DNA of 63,989 nucleotides, the filler included, from Stramenopiles sp. TOSAG23-6 (taxonomy: Eukaryota), in NCBI GenBank assembly GCA_900128565.1. It is 5 parts of 5 records of this genome, joined end to end, with 100 filler letters (N's around TTAATTAATTAA, not from the genome) between each part and the next. Parts side by side here need not be neighbours in the genome. Positions count along the whole stretch, not along the records: positions 25,772 to 38,532 come from LT636190.1; positions 38,633 to 51,377 come from LT636191.1; 3 more parts are not named here. One strand, 5' to 3'. Shown one piece after another: positions 35,337 to 46,591 of this stretch (positions are counted from its first letter, which is position 1; each line of letters opens with the position of its first letter). Both the position numbers and the translations under genes were made by a program. Under the pieces are notes generated by a model. The model did no database searches. It had not been told where the DNA came from and worked only from the letters and a program-made list of their open reading frames with translations.

Positions 35337-35888
35337 TCACCTTCTTGAGAATTTCGACCTTTTCTTCCTTCTTTGTCCGTCACGTTTGACACGATCACCA
35401 AAGAAGTGTTTCTTCTGGAATGCTAACACTGCTTCAGGAATACCATCATTAGATGTACAAGAGTCTATGTCCGAAGACAACTTCTTGGAAGCTACAACAA
35501 GGTTGAAGTTACCCCGGCGAACTTTGAGATCTCCTGCCTCAAATTTCTTTCTTTTTTTCTTTTGCTTCCTACTCAGGTCTTGTTCGCCTTCATCATCTGA
35601 ATCAAAATATATCCGATTCTGATTAGATGTTTCATTGTCTACTATGTTTTGCTTTTCTGATTCTTTCTCTTGTACTTCCTGAACACTTTCCAGGAGACCC
35701 GTCGGGAGGGCATCCGCGTCAGAACTAACTCGGCGACGTTGACGAGTACGCTTCCTTGTGCTACTCCCTGATGCTAGTTTTTGTGACTTAATTTTTTCCA
35801 ACGCTGAACTACGGGAAGAAACATTACTTACCTCTTGTGGAGCTTCATCATCTGAATCACTGCTACTATATATAATAGGTTCGTCCAT
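35337..35888 (-). CDS. Small charged nucleolar-type protein (possibly NOL7/Bud21-like)
   Basis: SDDEAPQEVS motif and basic clusters; the family call is weak. Confidence 0.55.
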   Translation of the reverse strand: MDEPIIYSSSDSDDEAPQEVSNVSSRSSALEKIKSQKLASGSSTRKRTRQRRRVSSDADALPTGLLESVQEVQEKESEKQNIVDNETSNQNRIYFDSDDEGEQDLSRKQKKKRKKFEAGDLKVRRGNFNLVVASKKLSSDIDSCTSNDGIPEAVLAFQKKHFFGDRVKRDGQRRKKRSKFSRR

Positions 35889-36149
35889 TCTATTTTATAA
35901 TATGAAACTAAGCTAGACCTGTGTAGTACCTACTGGCAGCTATACGACTGTGGTACCTTTGATGTTGATCGAACTGACTTCACACAGGAGCATTTTTCCA
36001 TTTTTCGTGTTCGTGTTCCAGGTCAAAATCAAATCAATCACACACGCACTCTTTTTACCAGTAGGAGGGAGGCTTATAAATTATAATATAGTAGTCTAGC
36101 TAGAAAATTTTAGTCTCTTGTAATTAGTTATGCCATTCAGTAAAACACG

Positions 36150-38407
36150 ATGAAGATATTTGGATTGACCGCATCGTTTGTATTGCTAGTTTTTTGTATC
36201 TTAAATCAGTTATTTGCCAATGCGAATCAAAACTTTGATTCTTCAAGGGTTGCAAATGTCTTTATTGTACAGCTTCATGAATATTTGTTGCCCTCCAAGC
36301 TTACTGCTTTAATTGAGACTATTATTGGGTCTCCAATAGATGCAACAAATACCAGCCTACAAAATTTGAATTCAAACGATACTAGTGATGTAGTCAAAGG
36401 ATGGAAGATGGTTGAACGGCACAATAAAGTATTTCGTGAGGAAATCCCAACTGACTTTGCAGTAATTCATTGTAGCGGTAACACAAAAGAAGTTTCTGCT
36501 ATTATCAAAATCATTAAAAACTCAAGTGTTGTACGCAATGTTATACCCGAGCGCCGATACTTTGCGTCTTCAAAAGTTGCCGATATAGGGAAACAATTTA
36601 AACATTCACAGTGTCCAACTAACTCAAGTGAAAGTGAAAGTTTTTCTTCCAACACTCATGATAGTTACACATACTTTAATCCCAATATTCCCAATACAAA
36701 TCAACAAACCAGTAACCAAAATATGAATACGCGAAAGTTGCTGTCAAGTAGCTTAGGAAATTCTCGGTCTTCTGTTGATCCATTACATATTGGTAAAAGT
36801 CCCCCATACGTACCACATCTTTCCTATTATGAAAGACGATCAATGTATGTTTTTACTTTTTTGAATTTTTTATCTAAATTTTTTTCGTACGAAATTTTGT
36901 ACCTAACAAAAAAAAATCAAATTTCAAAAAAAAAAATATATTTTTTCAACAATACATGGTCGAGGAATTTGGAGCTCCTCTGTTGTGGAAGAATAATCTC
37001 ACGGGAAGTGGGGTCAAAGTTGGAGTGTTAGACACTGGAATTCGCGAAAAACATCCACATATTCTTCATCTAAAGGAACGTAGTAACTGGACGTACCAAA
37101 ACTCCGAGGCAGATGGAGTAGGACATGGTACGTTTTGCGCTGGTATGATTTCTAGCTCGTATCCAAAATGTGCTGGTTTTGCACCTAACTCTGAAATTTA
37201 CACATTTAAAGTGTTTACGGACAACCAAGCTTCGTTTTCGTCATGGTTTTTAGACGCTCTCAATTATGTCCTTTTTAAGGAAATTGAATTAGTGAATCTG
37301 AGCATTGGTGGACCAGATTGGCGAGATGCCCCATTTATTGATAAAATACGGGAATTGGGTGGACATGGTATCGTGTTTGTATCTGCTATTGGTAATGATG
37401 GTCCATTATATGGCACTTTAATGAACCCTGCGGATCATATGGAAGTTATTGGGGTCGGTGGAATAACCAATACTGGAGAAATTGCACAATTTTCATCAAG
37501 AGGTGCAACAGTTCATGAATTGCCGTATGGGTTTGGTAGGGTTAAACCAGATATTGTAGTATATGCTGAAGGACTTCTTGGTTCTACTATCTCTGGAGAT
37601 TGTCAAACTCTGAGTGGTACTTCAGTAGCTGCACCTGTAGTTACTGGTGCTCTTGCATTGTTGATGAGTATCCCTCGTTCAAATAAGTCAATTCCAATAA
37701 ATCCAATAAAATTTGATTTATCTCTGGATACATCAAATGATAAAAAAATAAAAAGTGAGAACCCTAACCCTAATAATGACAGAAATAACCCTAACCCTAA
37801 TGACAGAAATAAAGGAATAAAAAACAAACTTCGTTGGAATCCTGGAATAATGAAACAAGCTTTAATACATTCAGCAAAACCGATAAAAGGGATGTATGTT
37901 TTATTTTTTTTTTTTTACAAAAAAAACGATTTTTTTTTTCGTACGAAATTTCGTACCTAACAAATTTAAGTTTTTTTTTTGAAATATTTTTCCAAAATAC
38001 AAAAGTATTTTTGAACAAGGTGCAGGTGTGATGAATCTTCAAGGTGCCGCTGATTTTCTACAAACATATCCTCCAGAAGGCATGTACGTTTTTAACATCG
38101 AATGGTATACTTTTTTTTTTCGTACGAAATTTCGTACCTAACGAATATTTTTTACGAAAAAAAAAAAAAAAAAAAAAAAAAATATTTTTTTTCACAGTAC
38201 ATGGCAACATTATTTCCATCTTCACTTGACTTCACTGATTGTCCCTATATGAGTCCATTTTGTGAACAACCTACGTATTATTCTGCAATGCCAATTGTCG
38301 CAAATGTAACTATATTAAATGGAATGGGCTCTCATGGCTACATTGAAAAACAACCTATTTGGAAAGGGGGTGAAAATGGTGAACATATAAAAGTACAAAG
38401 TTCTTAT
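36150..38407 (+). CDS. MBTPS1: Site-1 protease (SKI-1/MBTPS1 subtilase), 3' truncated; introns 36845-36957, 37894-38002, 38084-38202 and one from 38408 to the scaffold end
   Basis: VGVLDTG, GHGTFCAG, NLSIGGPD, SAIGNDGPLYGTL.NPAD, ELPYGFGRVKPDIV, LSGTSVAAPVV, FEQGAG, DCPYM.PFC.QP.YY and NVTILNGMG; RKLL processing site. Confidence 0.92.
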
Positions 38408-38532
38408 GTATGTTTTATTTTTTTTTTTTTTTACCGAAAAAAAAAAAAATCGATTTTTTTTTCTTTTTTTTTTTTCGTACGAAATTTTGTACCTAACAAA
38501 TTTTTTTTTTTTGGTAAAAAAAATTTTGAAAT

Positions 38533-38632
38533 NNNNNNNNNNNNNNNNNNNNNNNNNNNNNNNNNNNNNNNNNNNNTTAATTAATTAANNNNNNNNNNNN
38601 NNNNNNNNNNNNNNNNNNNNNNNNNNNNNNNN
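38533..38632. other. Artificial scaffold linker
   Basis: N44-TTAATTAATTAA-N44. Confidence 0.95.
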
Positions 38633-38755
38633 CGTATGTAATAATAGGAAAAAATTAAAAAACTTAAAATTGTTAGGTACAAAATTTCGTACAAAAAAAA
38701 AACAAAAAAAAAAAAAATTTTAGGAAAAAAATTGAAAAAAAATAAAACATACATG

Positions 38756-40764
38756 TAATTCTTGTCTAGTTAACCCCACTTCCTCATTACATTGATCAAA
38801 ATGTATATTTCGTGTCCCTCCTGTTGGCTTCCAAGGATTTCGTGCTATATATGATTTTTGGTTGGGGTTAGGGTTACGTTTATTCTTTTCCAAATGTTCG
38901 AGAATATTCCTATGCCGTACTTCATCTGCAGCTACGCCACCATACATGTATTTTGGAAAAATATTTCAAAAANNNNNNNNNNNNNNNNNNNNNNNNNNNN
39001 NNNNNNNNNNNNNNNNNNNNNNNNNNNNNNNNNNNNNNNNNNNNNNNNNNNNNNNNNNNNNNNNNNNNNNNNNNNNNNNNNNNNNNNNNNNNNNNNNNNN
39101 NNNNNNNNNNNNNNNNNNNNNNNNNNNNNNNNNNNNNNNNNNNNNNNNNNNNNNNNNNNNNNNNNNNNNCAAAAAAAATTTTAGAAAAATTTGTTAGGTA
39201 CAAAATTTCGTACGAAAAAAAAAATATAGACAAAAAAAAAATTGAAAAAAAAATAAAATATACACGTAGGCACGTCCACTAACTTCTTTACCTATTTGAG
39301 ATGTCTTTATGTCCAATAATGTAGGTTTTATTTTACGTAATTTTGATTGAATTGTTTCTTCAAGTATTCTTGCATTATTACTGATTTTATCTATAATCTT
39401 TTTTTTGTTTTTAAATAAAGTTGAATCTATTGTATTACAACGAATACGACGATTTGTACATGATGTTGTTTGCATGAAATGCATACCAGAAATAAATCGC
39501 GGTAAAATTTTGCTTGGTGCTGTTTTAGGCCGTTGTTTGCTTTGTTGTTGTTGTTGTTTTTGTTGTTGTTTTTGTTGTTGTTTTGTTGTAACTGCTAGCT
39601 TTCTACTCCTACTAGCGGTAGTAGACGCCATTAATGAATAATTTGGCAGTTTTTTATGATTGCTTTTAGGGTTTTTAGGGTTTTTAGGGTTTACCATTGA
39701 ATGTCTTTTTTCATTAGGATAATTAGGATTTTTAGGATTTTTAGCATGTATAGGCGTATTATTCTTCTTGATAATGTTTGATTGTGTTTTTGTAGCATTT
39801 TTAGTTACAGAATATGTTTGATCTATTTGGTTTGGCGAATCTTTCTCTCTACTATTCAAAGAAAATTTATGTTGTTGTTGTTGAACATCTTTATTAGATT
39901 TAATTGAGTATATAAAGACTTCTTTTTGTTTGTTTTGTTTGTTTTGTTGATCTATTTGGTTTTGTTTGTTTTGTTGATCTATTTGGTTTTGTTTGTTTTG
40001 TTTGTTTTGTTTTTCACTGTCTATGTATATATAATCAATATTCATCAATGAAGCCAAACTTTTTGTATAATTCACTGTTTTTATATATTCTAATCTCTCA
40101 TTTGTATTTGTTACAATAGTAGTCTGTTTCTCAGTCACTTTGACTATATTAGGGTTAGGGTTTGTATTAGGGTTACTAAAATTTCCATGGCAAATTGAGG
40201 TCCAAATATAAATGTAATGAACTCTGTTATGTGTACTAATTCTAAACCTTCTGAAGCTAAACAAAGAAAAAGAAGCTTTTTTTCGCGGAAAGAAAATTCA
40301 GTTTTACATTGGCTATTTTTTTTTTCACGGAAAGAAAACTCAGTTTTACATTGGCTATTTTTGGAATTTGTGTCACCAACACCAAAAAGACACACTTCTA
40401 AAACATGTATAAATTGTGGAAAATGTAATGTATCAGACTCACTGGTGGATGTATTTCGAAAGAGGCGAAGAAAGTTTCGTTTCTTTCCAGTAAAAGTTAA
40501 TTTTTTTCCAATATTTTTACGTAAAACATCAATCTCCAAAGAAACACGGCGTTGCCTATCCTGGGCTTGTTGTATAAATATTTGTTGTACACTATCTCGC
40601 CTACAAAGAAAACCACGAATATAGGGCTGTAGCTTCTGCATTGAAACGACGTGTCTACTGGGAAAGTTGCGTAACCGCTCTCGAAACTTTTGTTGTTGGC
40701 TAATTTCGAAAAGCTTTTCGTCATGAAGTTCATACCAAGTCTCTAGGGCTGCTTCGTCAGTCAT
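38756..40764 (-). CDS. Left-arm mirror copy of the IQ-motif protein; lacks a segment near 40175 relative to the right arm
   Basis: Reverse complement of 49197-51257 except for the collapsed segment. Confidence 0.5.
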
Positions 40765-41177
40765 AACTTTTAATCTTTTATAAAATGATGAATATATGTT
40801 GCATATTATTTCATTATTTACTCTTACTCACTTGTATACATGGTATGCGTAGAAGTAATCTAGTAGTAGTTGGTACTACAGAAATAGTACTGCTACCGTA
40901 GTGTAGTCGTACTACGTACTACCCGTACTAATGCCAAATCTAAATATAGCAGAGTGAAAAAAAAACAACTGATGATGGTGTTGGATTCGGATTGCTTTGG
41001 CAGGTTTGTTCACAATATAATTTGGGAGACGAGGAGACACCAAAAAAACCAAAAAGAAAGACAAAACGAAAAGACAAAAACTTTGATTTGAAGTAGTATA
41101 GGTTGATACGTAGATTTGAATTCTCTTATAAAACTATTCATTATATTGATTGATCCTGCCTTTAAAAGGTGACTACA

Positions 41178-41807
41178 ATGACACTTTCATTAAGTTGGTT
41201 CTTGACTCTCTTTGTGGCTATTTTATGTGACACAAAACAATGCGCACAAGGCAAAAACATAACTGATAAAATTGCGACAGAGCAACTTATACCAGCTTTT
41301 GAACAGAAGCCAATAATGAAACGACTGAAGTGTACGGCGTGTCGTGCAATTTCTTTTGAAATGTACGAGGCTCTTGTAAATCTTGATAGGAAACGGGGCA
41401 ATAGCAACAAAGTCAAAGAATTCGAAAGGTCTGAAGTTTTGGAATTTATATGTGAAGAGCCACCATCAGTAGATTTCTCGCATAAGTCCCACAAGAAGCG
41501 AAAGGAAACTCAAATTCCTAACGTAGCTGAACAATATGGTTTACAGAAAAGAAATAACAGAGTCACAACTCTTTTTTCAAAGTCAAATGAAATCAGTCGT
41601 ACGCGAGGTGCTTGGATGTGGAATTTTTTTACAAATTTATGTGGCGATTTACTTGGAGATTACGAAGATGATATAAATATGCTATACACAAACGGTCAAG
41701 ATTTTTTAGAAACATTTTTGTGTGTAAAGGAGAACACTTGGTGTGTTGATATTGGTATGGACTTTGACCATTCTTTACAATTGGAAAACGAACTGCGTGA
41801 ATTATAA
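41178..41807 (+). CDS. Canopy/MSAP-like (DUF3456, saposin-like) ER protein, left copy
   Basis: Signal peptide, LKCTACRAI, EVLEFIC, CGDLL..YED, FLC....WC and C-terminal REL. Confidence 0.75.
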   Translation: MTLSLSWFLTLFVAILCDTKQCAQGKNITDKIATEQLIPAFEQKPIMKRLKCTACRAISFEMYEALVNLDRKRGNSNKVKEFERSEVLEFICEEPPSVDFSHKSHKKRKETQIPNVAEQYGLQKRNNRVTTLFSKSNEISRTRGAWMWNFFTNLCGDLLGDYEDDINMLYTNGQDFLETFLCVKENTWCVDIGMDFDHSLQLENELREL

Positions 41808-42362
41808 TTTTTAAAAGTTTGGACAACAACTCTTCATGGGCTTTCTTGGGCTTTCTCATGGGCTTTCATGACCTTTCATGACCTTTCATGGCCTTTCATG
41901 ATCTTTACTATAATATATATAGTGATAAATAGTGACATGGACTTGAAGTATTGAAAAATCACAACATTATTAATACAACTAGTATAATGATACTTGGTGG
42001 TATAGTTTAAGCCAATATTGAATATTGTAAGAAATATAAACACACAAATATGATTGATAGATGTAAGAACTATATACATAAAAAGAATAAAAAGAATGTA
42101 AAAATAAATTAAACATTTGAATAAAAAAACAAAACAAAATGAAATATTATTATTTTGGAAGTCAACGACAATTTATTTTCTCATCGCTTGCTAAGCCCGA
42201 ATAAATTGAATACATTCGAATCTTAGTCGTCAGATTAGTTCAAAGTACATCGTAATACGTTGTGTATACTATACTTGAATAATATGCAATATAATATATT
42301 ATATGTAATATATATATAAGCCATCATTACTATAGTAACACTAAAACATCATAATTGAGCAC

Positions 42363-42770
42363 TTATTCAGCTTCTTCAGCACGAAGACGTCCGTTCGCAT
42401 TGAGAACTGTAATTCGGAGTTCAGCAGCGCGATCAACAATCATCTTACGTTTTCTAGCGGAAACATTGTGGCAAATTTCAGCAGCAAATTTACGGTTCTG
42501 CATGATGAGCATCTCAAGTTCAGCAGTGTTGGAAACACGGAATTTTTTGAGACCACATGGCAAGACGTGACGAGTCTTTTTGTTGTTTCCGTAACCAATA
42601 TTTGCCATTTTGATGGCACCACGGAAGCGACGTCTAACGCGGCAATCAATACCACGAGGACGACGCCACGATTCTTTGACACGCATGAAGCGATTGGATT
42701 GGAAACGCTTGAATGCTTTCGTGCGTTTCTTGACCTTTTTCATGGTTTTGAGAGGAGCTGCGGCGACCAT
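42363..42770 (-). CDS. RPL32: 60S ribosomal protein eL32, left copy
   Basis: [33 protein letters not shown] and [13 protein letters not shown]. Confidence 0.97.
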   Translation of the reverse strand: MVAAAPLKTMKKVKKRTKAFKRFQSNRFMRVKESWRRPRGIDCRVRRRFRGAIKMANIGYGNNKKTRHVLPCGLKKFRVSNTAELEMLIMQNRKFAAEICHNVSARKRKMIVDRAAELRITVLNANGRLRAEEAE

Positions 42771-43659
42771 CTTTATTGTAAGGGGAGATATGAATCAAGA
42801 GTATTTTGAGGGTTAGTCTACATGTTCCAAATATTATTATTTGAGTGAAACGAAAAATACACGATATACACGCCACTACTATGCACATATATGTATGTGT
42901 ACATGCATGTAAGTTCGTAGTGTGTAGTAGGAATAAAAATGTGAAAAACACACAAAGAAAAACCGATAAAAGAAGAGAAACCGATAAAAAGAAGAGAAAC
43001 CGATAAAAGTTATAATGAGCTCACTCTCTAGAGTGTCAATGAAAGAAGCATGGAGAAAGTTTGAGTATATCATTACTTCTATACTATCAACTCATCCATT
43101 CTCATAGATTCATTACTTGTACACTTTTGAGAGCGTACTTGTTGTACACATAGTATAATAAATCATTACTGTGTGGGAAACAGTAGAGGAAGAGGTCTCT
43201 CAAGCTCGTCGAGCGGCCATCACCGTACTTGTTGTTACATGAACAAATTTAGGAGAAGTATATCCTAAAGAAGACATGTACAGGTGCGCATTGCCTTGAA
43301 CTATAACAATACATGTATTAAATACCAAAAAATGAGGATTCAAGCATCGTTGGGAGAGATTTTACTTACCTTAATATCAATCTGACTTATGACTTTCGAC
43401 GCGAAACCCACAGACAGGCACAACACAAGCAAAAGTTGCGAAAATTGCGGACTGAAAGTATTTCTGACAAACCTGCTTTAATATTTTGATAGAAAAAAAT
43501 GTAGGGTACCCGGTTCTCTTCAGTTCAGCGCAAAAAATCGTCGACATGTATAGAAAATGATGACTCTTACTCATCGAAAGTTGTTGAACTTTTTCACTTT
43601 ATTCTATAGTTGTTTCTATAGTTTTATATCAGTTATATTGTTGATACGTGAAAGAAGAA

Positions 43660-44181
43660 ATGGTTAGATCAAGAAAAGCTATACGAAGAAAGGGTGGAAC
43701 TCGTGTTAAGCGAAAACAGAAAAGTCGGTTACACCATATTAGCAACTCTTTTGCAAACGAAAAGATTGCAAAGCGATGGAACCATGCCAAAACTCTACGA
43801 CAAAACTATGCTAAACTTGGCCTAGCCTTTGACTCTAATGGTAACTTGGCTGGTTCGAAACAAATATCGGAACATGCAATACATGCTACAAAAGCAGAAA
43901 CAGATATAGTGGAGTTATTTGACCTACCGTTAGGTGGCGTTGATCTTTCAGTTAGCGGTAAACCACGAGCTCATGTAAGCCCTGAGGATAAAATCTATCT
44001 CAACAAGTTGATGAACAAATACGGCGAAGACTACGGTGCCATGGCTAGGGATATTAAACTGAATTTTAAACAACACACTCGTGCGTTTCTCGCAAGACGT
44101 TGTAAGAGACTTTTAACATATCAAAAGGAACATAGTGCAGTGAAAGTATATGGACCTATGAATGAACAAAACGAAAATTGA
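43660..44181 (+). CDS. NOP16: Nucleolar protein 16, left copy
   Basis: W...KTLRQNYAKLGL and KYGEDYGAMARDIKLN..Q.T. Confidence 0.88.
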   Translation: MVRSRKAIRRKGGTRVKRKQKSRLHHISNSFANEKIAKRWNHAKTLRQNYAKLGLAFDSNGNLAGSKQISEHAIHATKAETDIVELFDLPLGGVDLSVSGKPRAHVSPEDKIYLNKLMNKYGEDYGAMARDIKLNFKQHTRAFLARRCKRLLTYQKEHSAVKVYGPMNEQNEN

Positions 44182-44403
44182 ATGAGAAAAATGAAAGAGA
44201 AAAATGAATTCCAGTCGAACGAATAATTTTGTCTAGGCTTTCATTATGTTTTACACTTAAGAATATAGTACACCTAAAATCATTATAGTAGGGATTATAC
44301 AACTAATATATACCACATTTGTTTTTTCAAATTTATGTACAGTTTTATAAAAATTGGTACAAAATGTAGAATTTTTCAGAATTTTTCAGGTTTTATTTTT
44401 CCC

Positions 44404-44936
44404 TCATTTTTTATCTTTCTGCATTTCCGAAATTCCCTCATCAGTCATAGTATGATTATTATGTTTATTAGCGGAACTATTTTTCTTTCGGATACATCGA
44501 ACAATTGGCATTACACAAATTGTTAAAAATAATACAAAAAATGTGATAAGTAGCGCTAAGATATAATCCGGGAAAAAATCTATTGTACAATCTGGATAGT
44601 GTGTTCCCATGGTAACGATGGCTTCTTCTGGAGTTTGTTTTGTTTCAGTTACATTTATTGTGAAAAAAAATTGCAAAATTTTTTTTTTTTGAAATTTGGA
44701 AATTTTTTTGGAATTTTTTTTTTGGACATTATATTTAAAATTCATGATGAAAAACATACCTGCCCTTCGTTAACAAATGGAGCACAGCTTTCCCAAGACA
44801 AAACAGGTTTGTTATCACTATAACCTGTCCATCGAATACAAGGTCTTTTAGATACATCTATAGATGAGCCACTAGTAGGACTATCATTAAATACTTCAAC
44901 AATTGCAAAATTATGATTTGGATAAAATTTATATGC
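44404..44936 (-). CDS. 3' exons of a single-pass membrane protein, left copy
   Basis: Mirror of 45025-45557. Confidence 0.5.
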
Positions 44937-45024
44937 AAATATTGTGAAAAAATATTTTTTTTTTTTTTTTTTTAAAAATTAATTTTTAAAAAAAAAAAAA
45001 AAAAAATATTTTTTCACAATATTT

Positions 45025-45557
45025 GCATATAAATTTTATCCAAATCATAATTTTGCAATTGTTGAAGTATTTAATGATAGTCCTACTAGTGGCTCATCTA
45101 TAGATGTATCTAAAAGACCTTGTATTCGATGGACAGGTTATAGTGATAACAAACCTGTTTTGTCTTGGGAAAGCTGTGCTCCATTTGTTAACGAAGGGCA
45201 GGTATGTTTTTCATCATGAATTTTAAATATAATGTCCAAAAAAAAAATTCCAAAAAAATTTCCAAATTTCAAAAAAAAAAAATTTTGCAATTTTTTTTCA
45301 CAATAAATGTAACTGAAACAAAACAAACTCCAGAAGAAGCCATCGTTACCATGGGAACACACTATCCAGATTGTACAATAGATTTTTTCCCGGATTATAT
45401 CTTAGCGCTACTTATCACATTTTTTGTATTATTTTTAACAATTTGTGTAATGCCAATTGTTCGATGTATCCGAAAGAAAAATAGTTCCGCTAATAAACAT
45501 AATAATCATACTATGACTGATGAGGGAATTTCGGAAATGCAGAAAGATAAAAAATGA
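45025..45557 (+). CDS. 3' exons of a single-pass membrane protein; intron 45202-45308 (GT-AT); 5' part missing at the palindrome centre
   Basis: Open frame AYKFYPNH...NEGQ|VTETKQ... followed by the TM segment YILALLITFFVLFLTICVMPIV. Confidence 0.55.
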
Positions 45558-45779
45558 GGGAAAAATAAAACCTGAAAAATTCTGAAAAATTCTACATTTT
45601 GTACCAATTTTTATAAAACTGTACATAAATTTGAAAAAACAAATGTGGTATATATTAGTTGTATAATCCCTACTATAATGATTTTAGGTGTACTATATTC
45701 TTAAGTGTAAAACATAATGAAAGCCTAGACAAAATTATTCGTTCGACTGGAATTCATTTTTCTCTTTCATTTTTCTCAT

Positions 45780-46301
45780 TCAATTTTCGTTTTGTTCATT
45801 CATAGGTCCATATACTTTCACTGCACTATGTTCCTTTTGATATGTTAAAAGTCTCTTACAACGTCTTGCGAGAAACGCACGAGTGTGTTGTTTAAAATTC
45901 AGTTTAATATCCCTAGCCATGGCACCGTAGTCTTCGCCGTATTTGTTCATCAACTTGTTGAGATAGATTTTATCCTCAGGGCTTACATGAGCTCGTGGTT
46001 TACCGCTAACTGAAAGATCAACGCCACCTAACGGTAGGTCAAATAACTCCACTATATCTGTTTCTGCTTTTGTAGCATGTATTGCATGTTCCGATATTTG
46101 TTTCGAACCAGCCAAGTTACCATTAGAGTCAAAGGCTAGGCCAAGTTTAGCATAGTTTTGTCGTAGAGTTTTGGCATGGTTCCATCGCTTTGCAATCTTT
46201 TCGTTTGCAAAAGAGTTGCTAATATGGTGTAACCGACTTTTCTGTTTTCGCTTAACACGAGTTCCACCCTTTCTTCGTATAGCTTTTCTTGATCTAACCA
46301 T
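45780..46301 (-). CDS. NOP16: Nucleolar protein 16, right copy
   Basis: Identical mirror of 43660-44181. Confidence 0.85.
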   Translation of the reverse strand: MVRSRKAIRRKGGTRVKRKQKSRLHHISNSFANEKIAKRWNHAKTLRQNYAKLGLAFDSNGNLAGSKQISEHAIHATKAETDIVELFDLPLGGVDLSVSGKPRAHVSPEDKIYLNKLMNKYGEDYGAMARDIKLNFKQHTRAFLARRCKRLLTYQKEHSAVKVYGPMNEQNEN

Positions 46302-46591
46302 TTCTTCTTTCACGTATCAACAATATAACTGATATAAAACTATAGAAACAACTATAGAATAAAGTGAAAAAGTTCAACAACTTTCGATGAGTAAGAGTCA
46401 TCATTTTCTATACATGTCGACGATTTTTTGCGCTGAACTGAAGAGAACCGGGTACCCTACATTTTTTTCTATCAAAATATTAAAGCAGGTTTGTCAGAAA
46501 TACTTTCAGTCCGCAATTTTCGCAACTTTTGCTTGTGTTGTGCCTGTCTGTGGGTTTCGCGTCGAAAGTCATAAGTCAGATTGATATTAAG

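Noticed and set aside
36843-36955. Reading the inserts as U12-type AT-AC introns
   Set aside because: The donor is ATGTATGT rather than ATATCCTT, the branch point is 30-60 nt from the end, 14 of 35 copies have no AT before the donor, and the shifted register destroys the conserved His and Trp in the JmjC gene.
37834-38229. Many short F/K-rich ORFs sharing FFSYEILYLT, FFVRNFVPN or RTKFCT peptides as a protein family
   Set aside because: They are the three-frame translations of the intron core.
40144-40200. Frameshift in the left-arm IQ gene as pseudogenisation of one duplicate
   Set aside because: It coincides with the N gap in the right arm and is best explained as assembly collapse of a low-complexity segment.
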